NCBI GenBank assembly: GCA_963837425.1
Contig: CAWINH010000006.1
Span: forward strand, 260,494 to 324,493
Length of the DNA stretch: 64,000 nt
Direction: 5' to 3'
Source of the DNA: an uncultured Chloroflexia bacterium
GTDB lineage: Bacteria > Chloroflexota > Limnocylindria > QHBO01
The notes under the pieces: generated by a model
Database searches by the model: none
What the model was told of the DNA's origin: nothing
The model's input: only the letters and a program-made list of their open reading frames with translations
Shown here: positions 10,209-19,587 of the stretch, one piece after another
Layout: every line of letters begins with the position of its first letter
Position numbering within the stretch: the stretch's first letter is position 1
Position numbers and translations under genes: made by a program

Positions 10209-11576
10209 ATGACCACCGGCGGCGGGCTCTCCCCGCAGATCCACATCCTCCCCGGAGGCGAGCAGCGGCTGCTCGCCGACATCGGGCGCGTCGACCCCGA
10301 CAGCCTCGCCTCGTATCGGGAGCATGGCGGTTACGGAGGGCTGGCCCGCGCCGTCGAGCAGCTAGGGGCCGCGTCGGTCGTCACCGAGATCGGCGACGCC
10401 GGCCTGCGCGGGCGCGGCGGTGGCGGCTATCCGACCGCCGAGAAGTGGCGGGCGGCCCGCGCCGCAGAGGGCGACCGCAAGGTCGTGGTCGCCAACCTGA
10501 TGGGCGCCGATCCGACCGCCCTCGGCGATCGAGCGCTCGCCGAGGGAAATCCCCACCTCGTCCTCGAGGGCGTCCTCATCGCGGCCTTCGCGACCGGCGC
10601 CTCGGAGGCGATCATCGCCGTGCGCCGCGACTGGGAGCTCGCGATCAAGCGACTCCGCCAGGCCGCCGCCGAGGCGGAGGCCGCGAACCTCGCCGGCTAC
10701 CTGGTGCTGGGCACCGACTTCTCCTGCGCGGTCTCGGTCTGGGAGGGATCCGGCGCGCTCGTCGCCGGGGAGGAGACGGCGCTCCTGGCCGCGTTGGCCG
10801 GGGACCGCGGGATGCCGACGATCCGACCGCCGTATCCGACCGAGCGCGGCCTGCTCGGCGCGCCGACGACGGTGCACAACGCCGAGACGCTGGCCCACGC
10901 CGCCTGGATCCTGGGACACTCCGTCGAGGCCTTCGCCTCCGCCGGCGCGCACCACAGCGCCGGGACGCGGCTCGTCACGATTTACGGCAAGGTCGCCGAG
11001 CCCGGCCTGGTCGAGGTTCCGCTGGGGACGCCGATCCACCGCCTCATCGAGCTGGCCGGCGGCCCGACCGGCGAGACGAAGGCGGTCTTCGTGGGCGGCC
11101 CCGGTGGCGGCGCCCTCGGCGCGAACGAGCTCGAGATCGAGTACGACTACGAGCCGCTGCGTGCCGCGGGCGCCGGCCTCGGGATGGGGACGGTCCTCGT
11201 CACCGATGCCGACACCTGCATGGTCGACACGGCGCGATTCTTCCTCGACTGGTCGGCACGCGAGGCGTGTGGCAAGGCGGTCCCCTGCCGGATCGGCACC
11301 CGCCGCCTCGTCGAGGCCCTCGATCGCATCCTGGCCGCCACGCCGCGGCCGGGCGACTTCGACCTGCTGCGCGACCTGTCGCGGAAGATGGCCGACACCG
11401 CGCTCTGTCACCTCGAGGCAAGGGCGCCAGGACCGATGCTCTCGACCCTCGCCCGCTTCGGCGATGAGTACCGCGCCCATGCAGAGCGCGGTGAATGCCT
11501 GTCCGGCTCGTGCGAGGTGCCCCGCGTCTCGCCACTCATCGCGGTGCACACCGGCATCGGCCAATCGGGATCCTGA
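10209..11576 (+). CDS. nuoF: NuoF/HydB-like flavoprotein subunit with divergent motifs
   Basis: GLRGRGGGGYPTAEKW, GEETALL, RPPYP, HNAETL, DTCMVD, EACGKAVPCRIG, HAERGECLSGSC. Confidence 0.85.
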   Translation: MTTGGGLSPQIHILPGGEQRLLADIGRVDPDSLASYREHGGYGGLARAVEQLGAASVVTEIGDAGLRGRGGGGYPTAEKWRAARAAEGDRKVVVANLMGADPTALGDRALAEGNPHLVLEGVLIAAFATGASEAIIAVRRDWELAIKRLRQAAAEAEAANLAGYLVLGTDFSCAVSVWEGSGALVAGEETALLAALAGDRGMPTIRPPYPTERGLLGAPTTVHNAETLAHAAWILGHSVEAFASAGAHHSAGTRLVTIYGKVAEPGLVEVPLGTPIHRLIELAGGPTGETKAVFVGGPGGGALGANELEIEYDYEPLRAAGAGLGMGTVLVTDADTCMVDTARFFLDWSAREACGKAVPCRIGTRRLVEALDRILAATPRPGDFDLLRDLSRKMADTALCHLEARAPGPMLSTLARFGDEYRAHAERGECLSGSCEVPRVSPLIAVHTGIGQSGS

Positions 11577-11598
11577 TCACGGCTAGCATGGGGAGCAG

Positions 11599-13993
11599 AT
11601 GAGCTTCGTCACCAGCGGCAACGGACACGGCAACGGCAACGGCGCCGGCAAGCCACTGCGTCCGGATGACTACGCGCCGATGTGGCCCATGGTGCCCGGG
11701 ACCCGGAAGATCAGCGTCACGATCAACGGCGAGCAGGTGGAGGCCGAGGAAGGGCAGACGATCCTCCAGGCCTGCCGCGTGCTGGGGCTCGAGATCCCGA
11801 CGCTCTGCTACGAGCCGAAGCTCGCCGCCTTCGGTGCCTGCCGGATCTGCGTCGTCGAGGTCGAGGGGCGCGACGACACTCCCATCAGCTGCGGGACCCA
11901 GATCGCGGATGGGATGGTCATCACCACCCACTCCCAGCGGCTCATCGAGAACCGCCGCATGGTCCTCGAGCTCATCTTCAGCGACCACGACGCGTACTGC
12001 CTGCCGCCCTGCCAGTTCAAGTGCCCGACCCGGGTCGACATTCCCGGCTACCTGAAGCAGAACACGCTCGGCAACTGGGAGGAGGCGACGCGCATCCTCA
12101 AGCGCTCGCTCCCGTTCCCCGCCATCCTGGGCCGCGTCTGCCCGGCGCCCTGCGAGACCCACTGCCGTCGCGAGGAGGTGGACACCGCCATCTCGATCCG
12201 TGACTCGCACCGCTACTGCGCGGACCGCGTCCTCGAGGTCGACGCCCCGGCTCCCATCCCGTGGCCGAAGGAGGCGGACACCGGGCGGCGGGTGGCGGTC
12301 ATCGGCGCCGGCGCGGCCGGCATGGCGGCGGCCTACTACCTCCAGCTGCGGGGCCACCACTGCGACGTGCTCGAGGCGGAGCCCGAGCAGGGCGGCATGC
12401 TGCGCTACGGGATCCCCGAGTACCGCCTCCCGAAGGGCTGGATGGATCGCGAGCTCGACCACGTCTGGGAGCTGGGCGCGACGTTCAAGCCGAACATGCG
12501 CCTGGGGCGCGACTACCACCTCGCGGACCTGCTCGAGCAGGGCTACGACGCCGTCTACGTCAGCATCGGCTGCTACCGATCGAACGAGCTCGGCATCCCC
12601 GGCGAGGACGGCGACGGCGTGGTGAACGCGCTCGAGAACCTCTACAACTCGACCCGCGGCCTCCCGATCCCGGCGCTGAAGGACGCGCGGGTCGTCGTCA
12701 TCGGCGGCGGCTTCACCGCCATCGACTGCACGCGCACCAGCGTCCGGCAGGGTGCCGGCGAGGTGACCCTCGTCTACCGCCGCGACCTGAAGGACATGCC
12801 GGCCCAGGACGAGGTCCACGAGGCGATCGAGGAGGGCGCGCGGGTCATCTTCCAGGCCGCCCCGACCCGGATCATCACCGACCGGCGCAACAAGGTGACC
12901 GGCGTCGAGTTCCAGCACATGCGCCTCGGCGAGCCGGACGAGAAGGGCCGCCGCCGCCCCGAGCCGATGCCAGGCACCGAGTTCGTCGTCGAGTGCGACA
13001 CCGTACTGGGCGCCATCGGCCAGGGACCGGACCTTTCCTGGGTCGATTCCGAGCCCGAGGAGATCCGCTCCCAACTGGAGGTCACCCGCCGCGGCACCCT
13101 CGTCGCCGAGGAGGACATCTTCCGCACCGGCGTGCCCCGCGTCTTTGCCTCGGGCGACGTGCGGACCGGGGCCACGACCGTGGTCGAGGCGATCGGCGAG
13201 GCCCGTCGCGCGAGCTACGCGATCGACTACTGGCTGCGCGGCCACGACCTCGACGACCCCCAGGTGCGGCGCATCGTGTCCGAGCCGCAGCCGAACTTCC
13301 TGACGATCGTGCCCTTCACCGACGACGTGAAGGAACCGCGCGCGGTCATGGGCAAGAAGGGCGCCGAGGAACGCAAGGGCAGCTTCGCCGAGTACGAGTT
13401 CGGGTTCACCGGGGACCAGGCCATGGCCGAGGCGGGCCGCTGCCTGCAGTGCACCTGCGAGGCGATCGGCCACTGCGACCTCCGCGAGGCGGCGATCGAG
13501 TACGAGACGACGCTGAACATGGCGATCGACGAGCGCTCGATCCAGGACAACCCGTACGTCGGCGTCAACCACGGCTACGGCCGCGACGAGACGCACAGCT
13601 TCATCCTCCGCGACTACTCACGGTGCATCGACTGTGGCCGATGCGCCCAGGTCTGCAAGGACATCGTGGGCGCCGGCTGCTACGACTTCATCGGCAAGGG
13701 CTTCGACTCGCTCGTCACGACCGCGGATTTCGTCGTCGCTGAACGAGACGCCGTGCGTCTCCTGCGGACGCTGCGCGGAGACCTGTCCGGTGGGGGCGTT
13801 GATGCCGCGCCCGCGCACGCTCGAGACCTACCAGCTCGACGTGTCGCGCTGCATCTTCTGCGGCATCTGCGCCGATGCCTGCCCGTACGACGCCCTGCGC
13901 TGCGGCCCCGAGTTCGAGTTCAGCGAGTACCAGCGCGACCTGCCCATGCTCGACATCCTCGAGATGTCCGACCGGGAGCGCCCGACCCGCTGA
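11599..13993 (+). CDS. NuoG-N / GltD-like FAD-NADP(H) oxidoreductase / ferredoxin / NuoI C-terminal half fusion (1-nt frameshift at ~13735)
   Basis: [2Fe-2S] IPTLCY..GACRICVVE..ISC; CLPPCQFKCP, GRVCPAPCETHC; GAGAAG; GGGFTA..VYRR; CIDCGRCAQVC; in the shifted frame CVSCGRCAETCPVGAL and YQLDVSRCIFCGICADACPYDAL. Confidence 0.87.
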
Positions 13994-14508
13994 CCGATTT
14001 CGACGGTCTCTGAGGCGAACGCGCCAGCTCGTGTGCGCCAGGCGAACGCATCGGACACCGAGCGACCGCTTTGCGTCCTCGATGTGCACCCCGGCGCACA
14101 TTCGGGTCAGGTTCGGGGTGAATCGGCGTGTTCAATGGCCGTTGTGCTCGCCTCGCGCACGCCGCGCCATGGACACCGCGCCATGGACGCCGCTCGCCGG
14201 CCCTTTCGCGCCACCGACTCCCCAACCGCGCATGAGCGGCACGCTAACTGCGTCCGTCAGGCGCGCCGGCCCGATGCGACGGCAACTCCGAGCTCACGGA
14301 TGGCTGCCGCCGGGCTCGCTCCCTGCCCCCGACCTCGATACGGTGCCGGTGAGGAGCGTATGAAGACTCGGACCGTCGATGTGAGCGAACGAGGCGGTCC
14401 GCATCACCGGACGTTCACCGGTGCATTCATCTGGCGTACGTTTCGCCGGCATCGGTTCCATCCAGGTTTCGTCAGGCAGCGCCGACGCCGCGCCCCACCT
14501 CGGTTCCT

Positions 14509-15783
14509 TTACAAGGGAGCGGGTGGAAGCAGGATCACGCCCTGGTAGCTGTCGGTTCCGACCTCACGCTGGCCGATGCCCACCAGCCGATCGTCGGCGA
14601 CGGCCAGCCGCTGCATCGTGATGTCGGGGTCAACCTGCGGACGGCCGATGACCTGCCACGTTCCGTCCGGGTGCCAGCGCACCAGGACGAGCTGCGTATC
14701 TCCGACGTCGGGACGGAACCAGCGGTAGACGCCAAGCACGCCGTCGTCGCGAGCGTAGAGGTCGACGAACTCGCCACAGCAGCCCTGCGCGAAGGCGAGC
14801 GACCACGACGATCCGTCCGCGGAGGTCCAGGCCGCGGGCCGCCGGAGGTTGCCGTTCGCATAGTCGACCTGGATGGAACCGCCCGCCAGGAGCTGGCCGT
14901 CGACCACGACCGCACGGGAGATGCCCGCGCCCGCGAGCGCCGGCGCCGTCGGCAGCAGATCCCACGCGAGGCCGTCGGCGGAAGACCACGCCAGCCCCTG
15001 CGACGGATCGTGCCCGGCGAGGCCAACCGCGATCCATCCGTCACCGAAGCGGACGAGGTCGAGCATCGCGGACTCCGGCGGTGCGGTCACCGCTGTTGAC
15101 TCGGTCCAGGTGACTTCGTCGTTCGAGGTCCAGGCCATCGCCCCGTTGAGGTAGTCGAGCCCCGAGTGGGAGCCGATGGCCATGATGCCAGGCCCGCCCT
15201 CGGCGACGTCCAGCTGGAATGCGCCGGAGACCGCCGCCAGCTGGCGCCAGGCCGTGCCATCGGCCGATGCCCAGACCACCGATCCGTAGCCCTCGCTGTA
15301 GCGAGCTCCCCATCCGCCGAGCGCCAGGTACCCGCCACCGGCCAGGGCCAGGACCCGGCTCAGGCCCTTCGCATCGTCGGCGCCGATGGCCGGCACGCTG
15401 GTCACCGCCATCCACGTTTCAGCGTCGCGGCTCGTCCAGATCGCGCCGTTCCAGCCGTCTGCCCCCACCGCCAGGAGGCCCCCACCCGGCATCGCCACGA
15501 CGTCCGAAATGGTCCCGGTGGTCGACACGGTAACCGCGCGCCAAGGCCCGGGGATCAGCGGGGGCGTCTCGGCGAACGCCGGCGAGGCGGAGGCGTTCGG
15601 TGGCGGGGTGGCGACCGGCGTCGGCGACGGCGGCGCGCTCGCGGGGAGCGTCGCGCTGGCTCCGGGCGTGGGCGAAGCGACCGTGGCGGCCGACTCGCTC
15701 ACCGAGGCTCCGGGGCTCGCGCAGGACGCGGCGAGAAGCGAGGCCATCGACAGGCCTGCCAATCGCGCCAACCAGCTCCGCAT
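14509..15783 (-). CDS. secreted lipoprotein with Asp-box/BNR repeats (probable beta-propeller)
   Basis: Lipobox-like LLAAS-C, Pro/Ser/Thr linker, five W-x-S-x-D-x-x-x-W repeats (WTSRDAETW, WASADGTAW, WTSNDEVTW, WSSADGLAW, WTSADGSSW). Confidence 0.7.
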   Translation of the reverse strand: MRSWLARLAGLSMASLLAASCASPGASVSESAATVASPTPGASATLPASAPPSPTPVATPPPNASASPAFAETPPLIPGPWRAVTVSTTGTISDVVAMPGGGLLAVGADGWNGAIWTSRDAETWMAVTSVPAIGADDAKGLSRVLALAGGGYLALGGWGARYSEGYGSVVWASADGTAWRQLAAVSGAFQLDVAEGGPGIMAIGSHSGLDYLNGAMAWTSNDEVTWTESTAVTAPPESAMLDLVRFGDGWIAVGLAGHDPSQGLAWSSADGLAWDLLPTAPALAGAGISRAVVVDGQLLAGGSIQVDYANGNLRRPAAWTSADGSSWSLAFAQGCCGEFVDLYARDDGVLGVYRWFRPDVGDTQLVLVRWHPDGTWQVIGRPQVDPDITMQRLAVADDRLVGIGQREVGTDSYQGVILLPPAPL

Positions 15784-15966
15784 CGGTCGAAATCCCTCCC
15801 AGACTGGACGCAGCATGAGGACGTCCAGCTCCCTCAGCGGTGTCACATCTTGGCCGCGGCCCCCGATGCTGACAAGAGCGCATCCGCCCGTCGTTCGTGC
15901 TCCGTCCATGCGCGGTTGACAGGTCCCGGTGCCGCGGGACCTCAGCCGGGCCGGTACGGTGCGTGC

Positions 15967-16401
15967 TCAGCGCGTCGCGAGCCGGGCGCCGGCGCGGCCG
16001 ATCAGCCAGGCCAGCCCGACGCCGATCGCACAGCCGAGCGTGTTCACCCACACGTCGTCGATGTCCGCCATCCGGCCCGCGATGAACCGCCACTGCACGA
16101 GCTCGATGAGGATCGAGAGCGTCAGCCCGGCGCCGATCGTCGTCCACGGACCGACGCGCGGCAGGGCCGCACGGGCCAGCAGGCCGAGCGGCATCAGGAG
16201 GAGGAGGTTGCCGACCAGCTGGCCGATGGCGAAGGCCGTGCCGGCGTAGCGGAACGTGTACCGGATCCCCGCCAGCGGGACGAGATTCGGCGCCAGCGGC
16301 CCCTGCGAGGTGGGCGTCAGGGTCAGCACCAGCACGACCGCGAGGTAGGCCGCCAGCACGAGGCGGGTGAGGAGGAGGAGACCGCGGGCCATGAGTGCCA
16401 T
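15967..16401 (-). CDS. VanZ-family membrane protein
   Basis: NLVPL, GNLLLLMPLG, IELVQ..GRMADIDDVWVNTLG. Confidence 0.85.
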   Translation of the reverse strand: MALMARGLLLLTRLVLAAYLAVVLVLTLTPTSQGPLAPNLVPLAGIRYTFRYAGTAFAIGQLVGNLLLLMPLGLLARAALPRVGPWTTIGAGLTLSILIELVQWRFIAGRMADIDDVWVNTLGCAIGVGLAWLIGRAGARLATR

Positions 16402-16534
16402 GGTGCTTCATTTCGCGCGCGGGCGGCGGTCGCGTCCCGTCGATCGGCGGGCGCGGTGCGCTAGAATCGAACCCGGCCTCGGCAATCCGCGAGGCCATTC
16501 GACCGAAGCGAACCCTCCAGCAGGAGCGTGAGCC

Positions 16535-17044
16535 CTGGACATCTCCGGCGTTCTCTTCGTGGTGCTCGCCATCGGTGTCATTGGTGGCGGGCTGGCCGTG
16601 GTCACCCTGCGCAACGTCATCCACTCGGCCATCGCGATGATGGTCTGCTTCGGGTCGCTGGCCGGGATGTATGCGCTGCTCGGCGCACCGATCATCGCCG
16701 CCGCCCAGGTGCTCATCTACCTCGGCGCCATCAGCGTCCTCATCCTGTTCGCGATCATGCTGACCCAGGCAGGGGACGCGAACCTGCCGGCCCCGTTCCA
16801 CCGCCAGGGCCCGATTGCGGTCGTCGTGGCCGTCGTGCTCGTGGCCCTCGTCGGCTGGGCAGCGCTGGCGACCGACTGGGGAGCCGGCGCGTCTGTCGTC
16901 GCCATCGGCCTCCAGAAGGTTGCCGAGGCGATCTTCACCGACTACGCGCTGCCCTTCGAGATCATCAGCCTCCTGCTGCTGGCGGCGATCATCGGCGCCA
17001 TCTACCTTGCGCGCCGCCCCGAAGAGGACGAGAGGGCCAACTGA
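16535..17044 (+). CDS. nuoJ: NADH-quinone oxidoreductase subunit J (probable CTG start)
   Basis: RNVIHSAI, QVLIYLGAISVLILFAIML, YALPFEIISLLLLAAIIGA; AGGAG at 16522 then CTG-GAC-ATC. Confidence 0.93.
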   Translation: MDISGVLFVVLAIGVIGGGLAVVTLRNVIHSAIAMMVCFGSLAGMYALLGAPIIAAAQVLIYLGAISVLILFAIMLTQAGDANLPAPFHRQGPIAVVVAVVLVALVGWAALATDWGAGASVVAIGLQKVAEAIFTDYALPFEIISLLLLAAIIGAIYLARRPEEDERAN

Positions 17045-17349
17045 TGGGCCTGCCCGGCTACCTCGTCGTCTCCACCCTCCTGTTCGGGATCGGCGCCTTT
17101 GGCTTCATGGCGCGGCGCAACGCGATCCTCATGCTGATCAGCATCGAGCTGATGCTGAACTCGGTGAACCTCTCGCTCGTCGCCTTCAACGCGTACCTGC
17201 CGAGCGGCTCGAACGCCGGCGCGATCTTCGCGTTGATGGTGATGGCCGTGGCCGCAGCCGAGGCCACCGTGGGGCTGGCCCTGGTGATCGCCATCATCCG
17301 CACCCGGCAGACCGCGGAAGTCGACTCCTACTCGGACCTCAAGGAGTAG
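17044..17349 (+). CDS. nuoK: NADH-quinone oxidoreductase subunit K
   Basis: RRNAILMLISIELMLNSVNL, VAAAEATVGLA. Confidence 0.95.
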   Translation: MGLPGYLVVSTLLFGIGAFGFMARRNAILMLISIELMLNSVNLSLVAFNAYLPSGSNAGAIFALMVMAVAAAEATVGLALVIAIIRTRQTAEVDSYSDLKE

Positions 17350-17361
17350 GGGCCGGCGCCG

Positions 17362-19587
17362 ATGGACCTGCTGATCACCCTGATCCCGGCACTGCCGCTG
17401 GCGGGCTTCCTGTTCGCCGTGCTGGCCGGCTCCCGGCTCGACCGCATCCCCGCCCACGGCCACGCGGATCACGGCGAGCACGGGGACGACCACGCGGGCC
17501 ACACCGGCCATGGGGCGGAGGATGCGCACGGGCCCGACGCGCACGCGCCCGTCGATGAGAGCGCGTTCCACACGGTCCCGTCCGAGGAGGAGCAGGCCGC
17601 CACCAGCCCGCACGCCGGCCACGCCGACGACCTCGCGAACAGCAACGGCGCCGACGGCGTGATCCCCGCCGACCTGAACGACGGGATCGGGCAGGCCGGG
17701 CACGTCGTCGAGGGTGGACCGCAGCCGCGCTACCGCTCGTGGATCGTGCCGGTGACGCTCGTGGCGGCCACCTGGGTCATCAGCATGGTCGTCTTCGTCA
17801 ACGTCGTCTTCGGCGGCCACACATACCACGTGACGCTCTACGAGTGGATCGCCGCTGGCGATTTCCACGTGAACATCGCGTTCGCGGTGGACTCCCTGAC
17901 CGCGATGCTGCTGCTCGTGGTCAGCACGGTCGGCCTGCTGGTCCACGTGTACTCGATCGGCTACATGAACGGCGACCGCGGGTTCTGGCGCTTCTTCGCC
18001 TACCTGAACCTGTTCATGTTCAGCATGCTGCTCCTGATCCTGGGCGACAACTTCCTGATGCTCTACGTCGGCTGGGAGGCGGTCGGCCTGTGCAGCTACG
18101 CGCTCATCGGCTTCTGGTACAAGAAGCCCTCGGCGGCGGGCGCGGCGAAGAAGGCGTTCATCGTCAACCGCATTGGCGACCTCGGATTCGGCCTCGGCAT
18201 CATCGCCATCTGGGTGAGCCTGGGGACGCTCCAGTTCGACGAGGTCTTCGCGAAGATCGGAACCCTGGACCCGGGCCTGATCACGCTGATCGCGCTCCTC
18301 CTCTTCGCCGGGGCGGTCGGCAAGAGCGCCCAGTTCCCGCTCCACGTCTGGCTCCCCGACGCGATGGAGGGCCCCACTCCGGTGAGCGCCCTGATCCACG
18401 CCGCGACCATGGTGAACGCCGGTGTCTACATGGTCGCCCGCGCGAACCCGATCTTCGCGGCGAGCCCCACCGCGATGTGGGTCGTCGCGTCGATCGGGGT
18501 CTTCACCGCACTGCTCGCGGCGGCGATTGCCCTCACCCAGAACGACATCAAGAAGGTCCTCGCCTACTCGACGGTGAGCCAGCTGGCCTACATGTTCCTG
18601 GCGCTCGGGATCGGGGCCTGGGTGGCGGCGATCTTCCACCTCGTGGCCCACGGCTTCTTCAAGGGGCTGCTCTTCATGGGCTCGGGCTCGGTGATCCACG
18701 GCGCGAGCGGCGAGCAGGACATGCGCTTCCTGGGCGGCCTCCGGGACCGGATGAAATGGACGTACCGGACGATGGTCGTCGGCTCGCTGGCGCTGGCCGG
18801 GATCCCGATCTTCGCCGGGTTCTTCTCGAAGGACGAGATCATCGGCGAGGCGTTCAACCGGGGCTATTACCTCTTCTACGTCATCGGCGTGCTCGTGGCC
18901 TTCATGACCGCGTTCTACACGTTCCGCATGATCTACATGACCTTCCACGGGTCCTGGCGAGGGCCGCGGGAAGCGTGGCGCCACGTCCATGAATCGGCCC
19001 CGACCATGGTCTGGCCGCTCGTCATCCTCGCCATCCCCACGACCCTCGCCGGCCTCTTCCTGGGGATCCCGCCGGAGGGCGGGATCGTTCACTCCTGGAT
19101 GGAGGATGTGTTCGGGGCGACCGAGTCGGCGGGGGTGCTGGCCGGCTCCATCGCGTCCGGCGCGGAGCACGGCTTCGCGCTGTTCGGCCTCGGCGGGCTG
19201 TTGCTGCTCATCGGCGCCTCGGTGGGGACCGCCGGGATCTGGCTCGCGCACAGCTGGTACGTCCGCGACCCGGAGGCGCCGAAGCGGTTCGTGGAGCGCA
19301 TCCCGTTCGGGCTGGGACCGGGGATGTACGCCGCCAGCCTGAACAAGTACTACTTCGACGACATCTACGGGCTCGTCTTCGCGCGCGGCGGAGTGCTGCT
19401 CGGCAACCTGCTGTGGTGGTTTGACGCGAAGGTCATCGACGGGGCGGTGAACGGCGCCGGCTGGCTCGCGCAGCGAGGCGGCGGGCTGCTGCGCAGGGCG
19501 CAGACCGGCCGGGTCGAGAACTACGGGCTGGGGATGGCCGCCGGCCTCGTGCTCGTCCTCGTCGCGTACCTCGTGGTCCTGCGCTGA
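17362..19587 (+). CDS. nuoL: NADH-quinone oxidoreductase subunit L with His/Asp-rich insertion
   Basis: VHVYSIGYM, GWEAVGLCSY, KSAQFPLHVWLPDAMEGPTPVSALIHAATMV, FFSKDEI. Confidence 0.96.
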   Translation: MDLLITLIPALPLAGFLFAVLAGSRLDRIPAHGHADHGEHGDDHAGHTGHGAEDAHGPDAHAPVDESAFHTVPSEEEQAATSPHAGHADDLANSNGADGVIPADLNDGIGQAGHVVEGGPQPRYRSWIVPVTLVAATWVISMVVFVNVVFGGHTYHVTLYEWIAAGDFHVNIAFAVDSLTAMLLLVVSTVGLLVHVYSIGYMNGDRGFWRFFAYLNLFMFSMLLLILGDNFLMLYVGWEAVGLCSYALIGFWYKKPSAAGAAKKAFIVNRIGDLGFGLGIIAIWVSLGTLQFDEVFAKIGTLDPGLITLIALLLFAGAVGKSAQFPLHVWLPDAMEGPTPVSALIHAATMVNAGVYMVARANPIFAASPTAMWVVASIGVFTALLAAAIALTQNDIKKVLAYSTVSQLAYMFLALGIGAWVAAIFHLVAHGFFKGLLFMGSGSVIHGASGEQDMRFLGGLRDRMKWTYRTMVVGSLALAGIPIFAGFFSKDEIIGEAFNRGYYLFYVIGVLVAFMTAFYTFRMIYMTFHGSWRGPREAWRHVHESAPTMVWPLVILAIPTTLAGLFLGIPPEGGIVHSWMEDVFGATESAGVLAGSIASGAEHGFALFGLGGLLLLIGASVGTAGIWLAHSWYVRDPEAPKRFVERIPFGLGPGMYAASLNKYYFDDIYGLVFARGGVLLGNLLWWFDAKVIDGAVNGAGWLAQRGGGLLRRAQTGRVENYGLGMAAGLVLVLVAYLVVLR

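Noticed and set aside
11536-13596. Long antisense ORFs (also 17002-19251, 52647-55616, 55668-57128 and others)
   Set aside because: These are shadows of high-GC coding genes on the opposite strand and have no recognisable motifs.
13725-13745. Programmed frameshift in the GltD-like gene
   Set aside because: No slippery heptamer, and similar breaks occur in unrelated genes, so an assembly indel is more likely.
13875-14548. ORFs in the gap after the NuoI C-half
   Set aside because: No motifs, no RBS and atypical composition, so treated as non-coding or degraded sequence.
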